Of a DNA stretch of 64,000 nt, positions 27,749-37,586 are shown piece by piece (positions within the stretch are counted from its first letter, which is position 1; every line of letters starts with the position of its first letter). The position numbers and the translations under genes are program-made. This DNA comes from Acidimicrobiia bacterium (GTDB lineage Bacteria; Actinomycetota; Acidimicrobiia; Acidimicrobiales; Aldehydirespiratoraceae), in contig JAJEEV010000013.1 of assembly GCA_022820805.1 (NCBI GenBank), positions 80,967-144,966 of the forward strand. Reading direction: 5' to 3'. Under the pieces are notes generated by a model that saw only the letters and a program-made list of their open reading frames with translations, was not told the origin of the DNA and searched no databases.

Positions 27749-28578
27749 CCCTTGGTGGCTCCGGTGGTGATCCCCTGGATGAAGCGCCGCTGCATGAAGA
27801 TGTAGACGATCAGCACCGGGAACGCCACCAGCAGCGCCGCCGCCGCGATCGTCGACGGCTCGCCGCCGCGTCGCAGCCCCGCGAAGAACGAGAGCGCCAG
27901 CGGAGCTGTCTGCGCCGCCTCGTTCTGGGGCAGCAGCACCAGCGCGAGCAGGAAGTCGTTCCACGCGAACAGGAACAGCAGCGCCGACAGCGACATGACC
28001 GCCGGGCCGCTGACCGGCAGCAGCACCCGTCTCAGGATGTCCCAGGTGTTGGCGCCGTCGAGTTGGGCTGCCTCCACCAGCGCGCCGCCCGACTGGGCCC
28101 AGAAGGCGGTGCGCATCCAGAACGTCCCGAACGACACGCTGAAGCCGATCTGCGGGAGGATCACGGCCCAGCGCGAGTCGAGCAGGCCGAGCGACCTGAA
28201 GTCGAAGTACAGCGGGACGATCAGCGCCTCGTAGGGCAGCATCAGCCCGGCGAGCAGGATCACGAACAGCGTGTTGCGCAGCGGGAAGCGCATCGTTGCG
28301 AACGCGTAGCCCGCCAGGATCGAGAAGGCCACGCTCGCGGCCACGACGGTCACCGCCACCACCGCGCTCGAGAACAACGCCTGCGCGAAGTTGCCTCGCT
28401 GCCACGCCAGCGTGAAGTTCTCGAATGAGATCGTGCTCGGGATGGTGAACCCGCTGACACGCTTGCCGGGCGGGTTCAGCGCCAGCAGCAGGATCGACAC
28501 GAACGGGTAGAGAGCGATCATGCTGGCGCCGAGCAGCACCAGATGGACGAAGCGGCGCTCGTGGCGGCTCTCGATCAC
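27745..28578 (-). CDS. Carbohydrate ABC transporter permease (MalG-like)
   Basis: Six-TM pattern. EAA loop VEAAQLDGANTWDILRRVLLPVSGPA. Confidence 0.9.
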   Translation of the reverse strand: MIESRHERRFVHLVLLGASMIALYPFVSILLLALNPPGKRVSGFTIPSTISFENFTLAWQRGNFAQALFSSAVVAVTVVAASVAFSILAGYAFATMRFPLRNTLFVILLAGLMLPYEALIVPLYFDFRSLGLLDSRWAVILPQIGFSVSFGTFWMRTAFWAQSGGALVEAAQLDGANTWDILRRVLLPVSGPAVMSLSALLFLFAWNDFLLALVLLPQNEAAQTAPLALSFFAGLRRGGEPSTIAAAALLVAFPVLIVYIFMQRRFIQGITTGATKG

Positions 28579-28642
28579 AGCAGCCGCTCCCCAGCCGCCC
28601 TGCCCCGGCCCGTGTCGCCTGCCCGGCCTGCGACCAGCGGGC

Positions 28643-29611
28643 TCATGCGGAGAGATCGCCGCGGCGGCGGTACCACAGCACGGCCAGGTTAACCGCCAGC
28701 AGCTCCAGCATCAGGATCACGCCGATGGCTGCGCCGAGGCCGATCGAGCGGATCTGGAACACTGAGCGGTAGATGAACATCGACGGGACCTCAGTGTTGG
28801 TCCCGGGGCCGCCGCGGGTCATCACGAACACGAGGTCGAAGTTGCGCAGCGCCGCGGTGACGGTGAGGATCAGCGCCACTGTGATCTCGCCGCGCAGAGC
28901 GGGCAGCGTCACCGCGAAGAACTCGCGGACCATGTTGGCGCCGTCGATGCGGGCCGACTCGTAGAGCTGCGACGGGATCTTCTGAACGCCCGCGGCGAAC
29001 AGTACGAACACGAGGCCGAAGGTCACCCAGGTGCCGACCATGCCCATCGACGGCAGCGCGAACGTGAAGTCGCCGAGCCATGCCCGGCTGACGAAGTCCA
29101 GCCCGATCAGGTCGAGCCCGAAGTTCAGCGGCCCGTCCGGCGCGTACACCCAGCGCCACGCCACGGCAACGACAGTCAACGGCAGGATCGTCGGCACGAA
29201 CAGCACCGCCCGGAACGCCGTCCGGCCCCGGATCCGGACCCTCGCCATCAGCCCGACGATCACCAGGGCGACGCAGATCGGCAGCACCGCGTAGAAGACG
29301 ATCAGGATGACCGAGTTCCACAGCGCGGCGCGCACATGGGGGTCGGTGAACACGGTGACGTAGTTGTCGAGGCCCACCCACACCTGATCGGTGATGCCGT
29401 TCCACTCGTAGAACGACAGCTTGAACGCGTGGACCAGCGGCGCCACCGCGAACACCGCGAAGAACGCGAACGCCGGAAGCAGGTACAGGTACGCGACCGG
29501 CTGGACGCGCCCTGACGGACCGCGGCGGACCGGGCGGGCCGGGCGGCTTGGACGGCTCAACTGGGGCGGCCTTAAAGGTGCGCGGGTAGGTGCAAGCCCG
29601 TCGCGTTGCAT
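28643..29611 (-). CDS. Carbohydrate ABC transporter permease (MalF-like)
   Basis: EAA loop YESARIDGANMVREFFAVTLPALRGE. The Arg/Pro-rich first ~40 aa look non-native, so an internal TTG start is possible. Confidence 0.87.
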   Translation of the reverse strand: MQRDGLAPTRAPLRPPQLSRPSRPARPVRRGPSGRVQPVAYLYLLPAFAFFAVFAVAPLVHAFKLSFYEWNGITDQVWVGLDNYVTVFTDPHVRAALWNSVILIVFYAVLPICVALVIVGLMARVRIRGRTAFRAVLFVPTILPLTVVAVAWRWVYAPDGPLNFGLDLIGLDFVSRAWLGDFTFALPSMGMVGTWVTFGLVFVLFAAGVQKIPSQLYESARIDGANMVREFFAVTLPALRGEITVALILTVTAALRNFDLVFVMTRGGPGTNTEVPSMFIYRSVFQIRSIGLGAAIGVILMLELLAVNLAVLWYRRRGDLSA

Positions 29612-29616
29612 CGGGG

Positions 29617-29713
29617 TCTTCCCCGCTCTTGTCCGCTGCGCTCACGGGCCGCTCGGGCCACGGCCTCGCGCCGTATGGGCCGCGTCATCCCCGCCTACTC
29701 GCTCGGCCTCTTA
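29617..29713 (+). repeat. Intergenic repeat element, copy 2 (~97 bp)
   Basis: Invariant core at 29633-29668. It lies between the SBP gene and the first permease gene of a minus-strand operon. Its 3' end gctcggcc (29700-29707) can pair with ggccgagc (29722-29729). Confidence 0.85.
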
Positions 29714-29790
29714 GGGGCCGCTGGCCGAGCCCCGACTGCTCCACGCCTTCAAGGCGATACGCAGCGGGGCCCGGCCGGGATCAGTCGGGG

Positions 29791-31086
29791 CTAGCCGTTG
29801 GCGGCGTCCCAGTCGGACTGCACGTCGTTGAGGAACTGCTCGCCGTCGATCTGGCCGCCGAGGAGCTCCTGGGTCTTCGACGTGAGCGTGTCGAACATCG
29901 TCGGCGTGGCCCAGTCGGCGTACAGCGTGACGCCCTCGTCGGCGATCACGGCCGCGGCGCCCGCGGTCACCTCTGCGAGCAGGCCCTCGATCTCGGTGTC
30001 CGACGACCGTGCGGCGACACGGCCCACCGACGCCAGATCATCCGCGAACTCCTCGCTGACGAGCAGGTTGATGAACTCCGCCGCCAGGTCGGGATCCTCG
30101 GCGCTGGTGGTGATGTGCCACGGAAGGGCCAGCGCCGCGGTGCCGCCGACAATCCCGCTGGGGCCGACCGGCATGGCGAAGTAGCCGGCGTTGGCGCCCA
30201 TTCCCTCGTCGAGGGTGGCCGTGTTCCAGTTGCCCGCGATCATGAACACGCCCTCGCCGGCGATGAAGTTGGCCACCGAGTCGTCGTAGGCGATGCCGTT
30301 GACGCCCTCGGGGAAGTAGCCGTTGTCGCGCCACTCCTCGAACTTGGCGGCGGCCTGCCGCTCGGTGTCGGTGACGACGGTCGCGCCCGGCTCGCCGAAG
30401 ACCCAGTCGCGAATCTCCGCCGCGGGCCGGTAGGCGGCCTCGACCATGCCGTAGACGTGCAGCGCGGGCCAGCCCTCGGCATTGCCGAGCTGGATCGGCA
30501 CCTCGCCGGCGTCCTTGGCCGCCGCGAGCAGAGCGTCGAACTCCTCGAAGGTGGCGGGCAGGCCGCCCAGCGCTGCGAGCTTCTCCTTGTTGTAGTAGAC
30601 GCCCACGAACTCGGCGACGCCGTTGATGCCCCAGAGGATGCCGTTGCCGAAGTCGGTGCCGTCCTCGGTGAACCGGTACTGGTCGAGCGTGCCGTCACCG
30701 AACGCATCGACCCAGCCGTACTGCGCCGCATAGTCGTCGAGCGGCAGGATCAAGCCGCCCTGTACGAGCAGGCCGTCGATCGTGTAGCCCTGGTTGCCGT
30801 GGGCGATGTCGGGCGGATCGTCGCTGGAGAGTATCCCCGGCGCGATCTGCATGTAGTCGTCGAAGGCGCGCAGCGTGATGTTGAAACTCACGTGCGGGTA
30901 CATCTCGGTGAACTGCGCCGTGGCGAGTTCGAGTGTGGCCTCGTCGCCGGCCTCGGCCAGCACGTCGAGAACAACCGGACCGGCCGTGGCGTCGTCATCG
31001 TCGCCGCTGCAGGCGGCCGAGATGAGCATGAACGCGAGGATCACAGTCAGGATCCTCACGACACGAGGAAGGGAGCGGCTCCTCAT
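29791..31086 (-). CDS. Carbohydrate ABC transporter substrate-binding lipoprotein
   Basis: ATG at 31086 with an AAAGGAGAAG RBS. Signal peptide plus lipobox MRSRSLPRVVRILTVILAFMLISAAC-SG. The 5' part of track ORF 29791..31533 is read-through. Confidence 0.88.
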   Translation of the reverse strand: MRSRSLPRVVRILTVILAFMLISAACSGDDDDATAGPVVLDVLAEAGDEATLELATAQFTEMYPHVSFNITLRAFDDYMQIAPGILSSDDPPDIAHGNQGYTIDGLLVQGGLILPLDDYAAQYGWVDAFGDGTLDQYRFTEDGTDFGNGILWGINGVAEFVGVYYNKEKLAALGGLPATFEEFDALLAAAKDAGEVPIQLGNAEGWPALHVYGMVEAAYRPAAEIRDWVFGEPGATVVTDTERQAAAKFEEWRDNGYFPEGVNGIAYDDSVANFIAGEGVFMIAGNWNTATLDEGMGANAGYFAMPVGPSGIVGGTAALALPWHITTSAEDPDLAAEFINLLVSEEFADDLASVGRVAARSSDTEIEGLLAEVTAGAAAVIADEGVTLYADWATPTMFDTLTSKTQELLGGQIDGEQFLNDVQSDWDAANG

Positions 31087-31144
31087 TACTTCTCCTTTGG
31101 ATTGCGTTTTGCTCAACGAACGGTGCTCGTCAAGGGCCAGACAC

Positions 31145-31166
31145 AAGCCCGGGCATCCCTGGGCTT
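31145..31166 (-). terminator. Hairpin downstream of the esterase gene (terminator candidate)
   Basis: aagcccggg / catc / ccctgggctt forms 9 bp including one G-U, 33 nt after the stop at 31199. No U-tract. Confidence 0.35.
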
Positions 31167-31198
31167 CACTGCTCGGCACACGGAGTGTATACCGTTGC

Positions 31199-32122
31199 TC
31201 AGTTCGCCAAGAAAGCGGCCAGGTCGTCGAGAGCCCGGCAAGCCTCCGGGACGCGGTACTGGAGCTGCCACCCGTGCCACAAGCCGTCCCAGACGTGCAG
31301 CGCGACCTCGGCGCCGGCGCGGCGGAGCGCGCCCTCCAGCAGGCAGGAGTCCGACAGCAGGATCTCGCGGCTGCCGGTCTGGATGAGCGACGGGGGCAGG
31401 GCGGCCAGATCGGCGAACAGCGGGGACGATCTGGGATCGGACGTGTCGGCACCCGCGTAGGCAGCCGCGAAGGAGGGCGGATCCAGAGGGCCCAGCACGG
31501 GGTCGGCCGCTGCCAGCGAGCGGTAGGTGTCACCCGAACAGGTCATGTCGACCCACGGCGACAGCAGCCCCAGCCGGGACGGCAACGGTGCGCCCCGATC
31601 GCGCAGCGCCACCGCTGCGGCCAGGCTGAGGTTGGCCCCGGCCGACTCGCCGAACACCGCCACGACCGACCGCGACGCCGCCAGCTCGTGGCACACGCGC
31701 ACGATGTCATCGAGCCCGGCCGGGCACGGATGCTCGGGAGCCAGGCGGTAGTCGACCGACACCACCGGCAACCCCGTGCGCTGGGCCACACCCACGGCCA
31801 GAGCGGCGCTGGCGGTCGGGGAGCCCAGCACGAACGCCCCGCCGTGGAGGTGCACGATCACACCGTCGGCACCCAGGGCGTGCTCGCCGGTGGCGAAGGC
31901 CACCACCGGCACGCCGGCGACCGTTGAAGGACGGCTGATCCACGGCCCCGGCAGCCCCTCGTTGTGGGCGACCCACCCGGCGAGGGATCCCCGGCGAGCC
32001 GCGGCCACCGCTTCGAGATCCCCCAGATCGAGCTCTGCGCCGACGACCCGGTAGTTCGTCAAGAACTCCCGGGCCTGCGAGCTCAAGTGCGAGGCCGGCT
32101 CCACGAGACCCATCGGCGCCAC
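31199..32122 (-). CDS. Alpha/beta hydrolase, hormone-sensitive-lipase-like esterase
   Basis: Oxyanion motif VHLHGGAFVLG and nucleophile elbow GESAGANL. Confidence 0.85.
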   Translation of the reverse strand: MAPMGLVEPASHLSSQAREFLTNYRVVGAELDLGDLEAVAAARRGSLAGWVAHNEGLPGPWISRPSTVAGVPVVAFATGEHALGADGVIVHLHGGAFVLGSPTASAALAVGVAQRTGLPVVSVDYRLAPEHPCPAGLDDIVRVCHELAASRSVVAVFGESAGANLSLAAAVALRDRGAPLPSRLGLLSPWVDMTCSGDTYRSLAAADPVLGPLDPPSFAAAYAGADTSDPRSSPLFADLAALPPSLIQTGSREILLSDSCLLEGALRRAGAEVALHVWDGLWHGWQLQYRVPEACRALDDLAAFLAN

Positions 32123-32145
32123 CCTACTGACCGGCGGACTCGTGC

Positions 32146-32754
32146 TCAGTCCCGGAGATCGGCCAGCGATGCCCTCACCAGGAAGTCGTCGTCGGAGCCG
32201 GGCTGCGTGTCGTCGCCGGGGTACTCGAGCCGGACCAGTCCGATCAGCCGGAACTGCTCGTCGGCGGGCTGGCCGGCGACATCGATCGAGAACCGGGCCG
32301 ACGACCCGTCGAGGCTCCCCTCGCAGGCGCCCGCATCGATCTGCTGCCTCGGCACTGTGTTCGGGTCGAAGGCGTAGGAACGAGCCTCCGAGACGGGCGG
32401 GCCGCCATCAGTGACGTTGGTCAGGCGGCAGATCACCCCGCCGTCGGTGAAGGCGTTGGCGGCCTCGACATAGAACTCGGCCGTCCACGCCAGATCCGGA
32501 CCGAGGTCCGGTGCCTCGGTGAGCCGCAGTTCGACCATCAACGCTCCATCGTCGGGTTGCCAGAGGTTGATCGCGGTGATGTCAGCCCCGGCATCGCAGG
32601 ACTCGCCCCTGTCGAGGCCGGCCTCGCGGCAGTCGCCCAGAGGGTCGTCCGCCTCCAGCCCCCGAGGCGTCTCGGGGGGAGCGAACGGGCCGAGGTCGAG
32701 AAGGGCGGCCGTGCCGAGAGCCAGGACCGCGAGCGCGCCCAGAGCCATTACCAC
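32146..32754 (-). CDS. Hypothetical secreted/membrane-anchored protein
   Basis: N-terminal hydrophobic MVMALGALAVLALGTAALL. Four Cys and no recognisable motif. GC3-rich frame. Confidence 0.5.
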   Translation of the reverse strand: MVMALGALAVLALGTAALLDLGPFAPPETPRGLEADDPLGDCREAGLDRGESCDAGADITAINLWQPDDGALMVELRLTEAPDLGPDLAWTAEFYVEAANAFTDGGVICRLTNVTDGGPPVSEARSYAFDPNTVPRQQIDAGACEGSLDGSSARFSIDVAGQPADEQFRLIGLVRLEYPGDDTQPGSDDDFLVRASLADLRD

Positions 32755-32791
32755 CGCGGCTAGCAGCAGGACGGCCCACCGCCCCCGCCCC

Positions 32792-33796
32792 TCAGGAATC
32801 CGCGTCGTCCTCGATCATGGACGCCGACTTGGCGGCGATCCACTCGCCCGACACCACCGGCTCGTAGCGGGCGGGGCGCTCCGGCGTGATGGTGGTCGGG
32901 ATGGTCTCGATGATCGCCCGGTACGACGGCTGGAAGAAGAACGGCACCGACATCCGGTCCCGACCCCGGTCGCCGCCCTCCGGGATGACCACCCGATGCA
33001 GCGTCGAGACCCAGCGGTCGTTGGTCCAGCGAGCCATCAGGTCGCCGAGGTTCACCACGAAGCCGCCCGGGACCATCGGCACATCGGCCCAGTCGCCGTT
33101 CGATCGGATCTGCAGACCGGGGATCTGCTCGGCCGCCACCACGGTGAACGCCCCGTAGTCGGTGTGCGCACCCCGGCGCAGCTGGCCGGGGCGGGCTGCT
33201 CCGGCCACTGGCGGGTACCAGTTGAACAGCAGCAGGGCGGTGTGGTCCCGCACCTTGTCGTCGAACCATCCGTCGGGAAGATCCAGTGCCCGGGCGAAGA
33301 GCGGCAGCATCTGCATGCACAGCCGCTCCAGCACCGCGTAGTAGTGCTCGAACAATGGCCGCAGCCCCGCAGGCTCCTCCGGCCACCGGTTGGGACAGAA
33401 CGTCGCCTCGCCACCGGCGACGAAGGCCCGGGCCCGGATTTCGGGATCGTCGAAGCGGCCCACGTTGAAGGACTCGCACAAATCGGGCGGGGTCTCGTTG
33501 TCGCCCAGGGTGGCCGCCAGCGAGGTGGTGTCCAGGCCCAGGAAGCCGCGGTAGTCCTCGAAGGTCGGCGGCGCCACCTTCGACTTCTCCTCGAACGGGA
33601 GCCGGAAGAAGTCCCGGGCCATGGCCATGGTCTCGTCCACCAGACCCGGCTCCACACCGTGCCCCACCGCTATGAAGAACCCGCTGTTCACGCAGGCCGT
33701 GTCGACCTGGTGGGCCACCGCATCCATCGCGCCGGGATCACCGGCCAGCGCGCCGCTGATGTCGACTGTGGGGACCGAGGATGCGGCGTCGCCCAT
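32792..33796 (-). CDS. 2-oxoglutarate/Fe(II)-dependent oxygenase (isopenicillin-N-synthase-like)
   Basis: N-terminal VPTVDISG...GFFIAVGHGV. Facial triad GAHTDYGAFTVV and distal WVSTLHRVV. Confidence 0.85.
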   Translation of the reverse strand: MGDAASSVPTVDISGALAGDPGAMDAVAHQVDTACVNSGFFIAVGHGVEPGLVDETMAMARDFFRLPFEEKSKVAPPTFEDYRGFLGLDTTSLAATLGDNETPPDLCESFNVGRFDDPEIRARAFVAGGEATFCPNRWPEEPAGLRPLFEHYYAVLERLCMQMLPLFARALDLPDGWFDDKVRDHTALLLFNWYPPVAGAARPGQLRRGAHTDYGAFTVVAAEQIPGLQIRSNGDWADVPMVPGGFVVNLGDLMARWTNDRWVSTLHRVVIPEGGDRGRDRMSVPFFFQPSYRAIIETIPTTITPERPARYEPVVSGEWIAAKSASMIEDDADS

Positions 33797-33815
33797 ATGC
33801 AGCTCGGTGAGGATC

Positions 33816-34751
33816 TCAGGTGAGGCCGCGGACGAAGGGCTGGGCCAGTGCCCGCGGCTCCCGGGTGCGGTGGGCGAAGAACGTCACCGTCACGATGGTC
33901 ACCACGAACGGTGCGGCCGACAGCAGCTCGGAGTTGAGCTCGTGGCCCACGGTGGGCAGCGTCAGCCGGAACGAGTTCACCGTGCCGAACAGCAGGCACC
34001 CGCCGATCACTCCCCGCATGGTCCATCCGCCGAAGATGACCGCCGCGATGGCGATGAACCCCTGGCCTCCCACGACCGCGTCCTCGAATCGCCCGATCTG
34101 GCCCAGTACCAGGTAGCCGCCGCCCAGGCCCGAGGTGAGCCCCGCGATGTAGATGGACTGGCGGCGACGCTTGTTCACGTCTATGCCCGACACGTCGGCC
34201 GACTGCGGGTTCTCGCCGACGGCCCGCACTTCGAGACCCCAGCGGGTGCGGTACAGCAGCCACCACGCGGCGGGAACCATCGGGTAAACCAGGTACAGGG
34301 GCCACGGCTGGTTGAAGAGAGCGTCGCCCACCAGGGGGATCTCCGCCACACCCGGGATCTTGAAGCGGTGGGCGGCCTTCGACACGGGCTGGATGCTGGT
34401 GTTCAGGAAGCTGGCGATACCGAGTACCAGCGTGTTGAGGGCCAGGCCGACCACGAACTGGTTGGCGGTGAGCCGGTGGCTCATGTTGGCCTGCACCGAA
34501 GCCACCAAGGCCCCGATCACAGTGGCGAAGATGAGCCCCACGGTCACCGACTCCGTCAGGTGCATTCCGAGCGCCCCCGCGAAGGCCCCGCCGAGCACCA
34601 TCCCCTCCAGGGAGATGTTGAGCGTGCCGGCCTTCTCGGCGATGGTCTCGCCGATGGCGGCGAAGGCCAGCAGGGCGGCGAAGCGCATGGCCCCCGAGTA
34701 GGTCACCTCATTGGTGACCACATCACCTATTGCCGAGAAGAAGCCGCCCAT
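33816..34751 (-). CDS. ABC transporter permease (BMP/nucleoside-type system)
   Basis: Polytopic hydrophobic 311-aa protein in an operon with the BMP-family SBP and a duplicated ATPase. Confidence 0.85.
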   Translation of the reverse strand: MGGFFSAIGDVVTNEVTYSGAMRFAALLAFAAIGETIAEKAGTLNISLEGMVLGGAFAGALGMHLTESVTVGLIFATVIGALVASVQANMSHRLTANQFVVGLALNTLVLGIASFLNTSIQPVSKAAHRFKIPGVAEIPLVGDALFNQPWPLYLVYPMVPAAWWLLYRTRWGLEVRAVGENPQSADVSGIDVNKRRRQSIYIAGLTSGLGGGYLVLGQIGRFEDAVVGGQGFIAIAAVIFGGWTMRGVIGGCLLFGTVNSFRLTLPTVGHELNSELLSAAPFVVTIVTVTFFAHRTREPRALAQPFVRGLT

Positions 34752-34754
34752 CGA

Positions 34755-35909
34755 TCAGGTCCTGTCTCTCGTGGCCGACAGCGCGCGGCGGCGCTCGCGG
34801 ATGAACAGGATCGCCGGAGGAACCAGCAGGGCCAGCACGAGGAGGGCCAGGACCACCTGGGAGATCTCGCGCTCCACGCCGGTGGCCGCCAGGAAGCCGG
34901 AGCCGGCGCGCAGTCCGGCGAAGCTGAAGGCCACGATGACGATCCCCACCGGGTGGGAGCGGGCCACCAGGGCCACCAGGAGCCCCTCCCAGCCGATGTT
35001 GTTGGCGAAGCCGGGCGTGAACCGGTAGTTGCCGAAGTCGCCGCCCGAGAGCATCAACGCCCCGGCCAGGCCCGCGCACGCGCCGGAGATCAGCATGGCG
35101 TTGGTGCCGTACTTGACGGTGGACACCCCGGCCCGCTGCGCGGTGCGGGCGTTGCGACCCAGCATCCTCATCCGGAAGCCCCACACGCTGCGCTTGAACA
35201 GCAGGAACACGATCACGGCCATCAGCACCACCGCGATGGCGCTGATCGGGAAGTCGTTGCCCCAGATGTCGATGCGGGGCAGCCGGGTGTCACCTGCGAG
35301 CTGATCGCTCACTTGGTTGCGGACCGAGCGGTCCTCCCGGAACGGAGCCAGCAGCAGCCAGTCGACCTTCAACGCGTAGCCGCTGATCTGGGAGGCCACC
35401 GTTATCAGCAGCAGCGTGGTGAGCACCTCCGGCACCCGCCGCCAGTACAGGAGCCAGCTGGCGATGCCGGCCCACATGGCCCCGGCCAGAGCCCCCACGA
35501 TGAGCAGGCACACGATCACCACCGGACCCGGGCCGCCCATGCGCACACCTACGTAGGTGGCGAAGGCCGTGCCCATCATCAACTGGCCCTCCTGGCCGAT
35601 GTTGACCACGCCGGCCCGACCGTTGATGGCCGTCCCCAGGGCCACCACCACCAGGGGGATGGCGATGCCGATGGTCTCGCCCCAGCGCCCCGGGGCCCGC
35701 AGGCTGCCGTCGAGAAGGGCCGAGAAGACGGCCTGCCACGAGCCCCCGGTCAGCCACACGATGACCGCTGAGATCAGCAGGGCTGCGGCGATGCAGCCCA
35801 GATACATCCCCGCAGCCACCCCGGCCTCACGCAGCCGCGACGGCGCCGGAGCAGTCGCGGCCGGCTCGGCACTCTTGGCGGCCGGCTGCGGAACCTGCTG
35901 TTCGCTCAT
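34755..35909 (-). CDS. ABC transporter permease (BMP/nucleoside-type system)
   Basis: Polytopic 384-aa protein, 3 nt upstream of the second permease. Confidence 0.85.
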   Translation of the reverse strand: MSEQQVPQPAAKSAEPAATAPAPSRLREAGVAAGMYLGCIAAALLISAVIVWLTGGSWQAVFSALLDGSLRAPGRWGETIGIAIPLVVVALGTAINGRAGVVNIGQEGQLMMGTAFATYVGVRMGGPGPVVIVCLLIVGALAGAMWAGIASWLLYWRRVPEVLTTLLLITVASQISGYALKVDWLLLAPFREDRSVRNQVSDQLAGDTRLPRIDIWGNDFPISAIAVVLMAVIVFLLFKRSVWGFRMRMLGRNARTAQRAGVSTVKYGTNAMLISGACAGLAGALMLSGGDFGNYRFTPGFANNIGWEGLLVALVARSHPVGIVIVAFSFAGLRAGSGFLAATGVEREISQVVLALLVLALLVPPAILFIRERRRALSATRDRT

Positions 35910-35927
35910 GCTGACACGCGACCGGAA

Positions 35928-37541
35928 CTAAGCAGCGGCCTCGGCGCCGGCGCCTCCCAGCAGGAGGCCCAGCTCCTCGAGGTCCACATCGGCCCGGTCC
36001 ATCTCGCCGATGATCCGACCCCGGAACAGCACCACGACGCGGTCCGAGAGTTGCAGGATCTCCTCCAACTCGCTCGAGATGAGCAGCACGCCGACACCGC
36101 TGTCGGCCACCTGGCGGAGACGGTCGGTCATCCATTCGATGGCGCCCACGTCGAGCCCTCGGGTGGGCTGGGCCGCCACCAGCACCTTGGGCGAGTAGCT
36201 CAGCTCCCGGGCGAGCACCACCCGCTGCTGGTTGCCGCCCGACAACGACCAGAACGGGGCGTCGGGACCAGCGGTCTGGATCTCGAAGTCCTCGATGAGG
36301 CGGGTCGCGTCCTGACGCATCACCGCCGGGTCGTAGATCCCGTGGGTGGAGATCCGTTCAATGTCGACCAGGAAGAGGTTCTCGGCCACGGTCATGTCGA
36401 GGACGCATCCGGAGGCGTGCCGGTCCTCGGGAATTACGGCCACCCCCGCGCCGGACATCGCGCCGGGCCGTCCGGGCTGCACCGCGACGCCGTCCACCTC
36501 GACCGTTCCGGCGTCGACACCCATGAGGCTCGACAGCAAGTCGGTCAAGGCTGACTGGCCGTTGCCCTCCACGCCGGCAACGCCCACGATCTCGGAGTCG
36601 AAGACATCGACACTCAGGCCGTCGAGCGAGACCCGCCCGTCGAGACCGCGGGCCACGATGTCGCGCAGGCGCAGCGCGGGCACCCGCGTCCCGGAGTCTG
36701 CGACGCCCCCGGTCTCGGAGTGGTGGGCGTCCTCGTCCTCGCCCGCGCTGGCCGCCACCGTCTCGATGAGGCCCAGGGCCGATGCCTCCGAACGGAGAGA
36801 CACCTCCCGGCCGACCATCGCCCTGGCCAGCATGGGCGCGTCGGCGTCGGCGGTCTCCATGCGCCGGACGACGGCACCGGCCCGCATGATGGTCACCTCG
36901 TCGGTGGCGTGCAGGATCTCGTCGAGCTTGTGGCTGACGAGGGCCACCGCCCGGTTCTCGTCGCGCACCGCCAGGCGCAAGACGTCGAAGAGCCGCTCGG
37001 ACTCGCCCGGGGTGAGCACGGAGGTGGGCTCGTCGAAGATAAGGATGCTGGGGTCGCGGCGCAGGCACTTGATGATCTCCACCCGCTGGCGGACCCCGGC
37101 CGAGAGGTCGCCCACCTTGGCGTCGGCGTCCACGCCCAGGCCGTAGTGCTCGCTGATCTCGGCCACCCGCCGGCGGGCGGCCGTCGCGTCGAACCGGCCG
37201 GTGTCGCCCAGCATCACGTTCTCCCACACCGTGAGCGGCTCCACCAGGCTGAAGTGCTGATGGACCATGGCGATGCCACGGCCCGCGGCGTCGTGGGGGT
37301 CGCGGATCTGGCACCGCTCGCCGTCCACCTCGATGGTGCCCCGGTCGGGGAGCACCAGCCCGATGAGCACCTTCATCAGCGTGGACTTGCCCGCGCCGTT
37401 CTCTCCGAGGAGGCCGTGGATGCGGCCCCGATGCAGGGCCAGGTCGACCTGGTCGCAGGCCACGATGGCCCCGAACGACTTGGAGATCGAGGTGAGCCGG
37501 ACGGCGGGAACGTCGGTTCCCGCCGTCCGTTGATCAGCCAT
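35928..37541 (-). CDS. ABC transporter ATP-binding protein with two fused ATPase domains
   Basis: Walker A GENGAGKST and the degenerate second site GVEGNGQS. Signatures LSAGVRQRV and LSGGNQQRV. Confidence 0.93.
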   Translation of the reverse strand: MADQRTAGTDVPAVRLTSISKSFGAIVACDQVDLALHRGRIHGLLGENGAGKSTLMKVLIGLVLPDRGTIEVDGERCQIRDPHDAAGRGIAMVHQHFSLVEPLTVWENVMLGDTGRFDATAARRRVAEISEHYGLGVDADAKVGDLSAGVRQRVEIIKCLRRDPSILIFDEPTSVLTPGESERLFDVLRLAVRDENRAVALVSHKLDEILHATDEVTIMRAGAVVRRMETADADAPMLARAMVGREVSLRSEASALGLIETVAASAGEDEDAHHSETGGVADSGTRVPALRLRDIVARGLDGRVSLDGLSVDVFDSEIVGVAGVEGNGQSALTDLLSSLMGVDAGTVEVDGVAVQPGRPGAMSGAGVAVIPEDRHASGCVLDMTVAENLFLVDIERISTHGIYDPAVMRQDATRLIEDFEIQTAGPDAPFWSLSGGNQQRVVLARELSYSPKVLVAAQPTRGLDVGAIEWMTDRLRQVADSGVGVLLISSELEEILQLSDRVVVLFRGRIIGEMDRADVDLEELGLLLGGAGAEAAA

Positions 37542-37586
37542 GCTGGTCCCGGGTCCGACTGCGGGGTGTGGAGCTCTAGGGAGCGC

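Noticed and set aside
26951-28405. 5' extensions of several track ORFs. Examples: 26951..28405, 29791..31533, 49227..50528, 11912..13651, 6089..7369, 14461..15756, 51336..52958, 39336..42956, 57360..58820, 58598..59590.
   Set aside because: Family similarity begins at internal starts that have Shine-Dalgarno sequences or ATGA/GTGA coupling to the upstream gene. The extensions overlap neighbouring genes and are compositionally junk.
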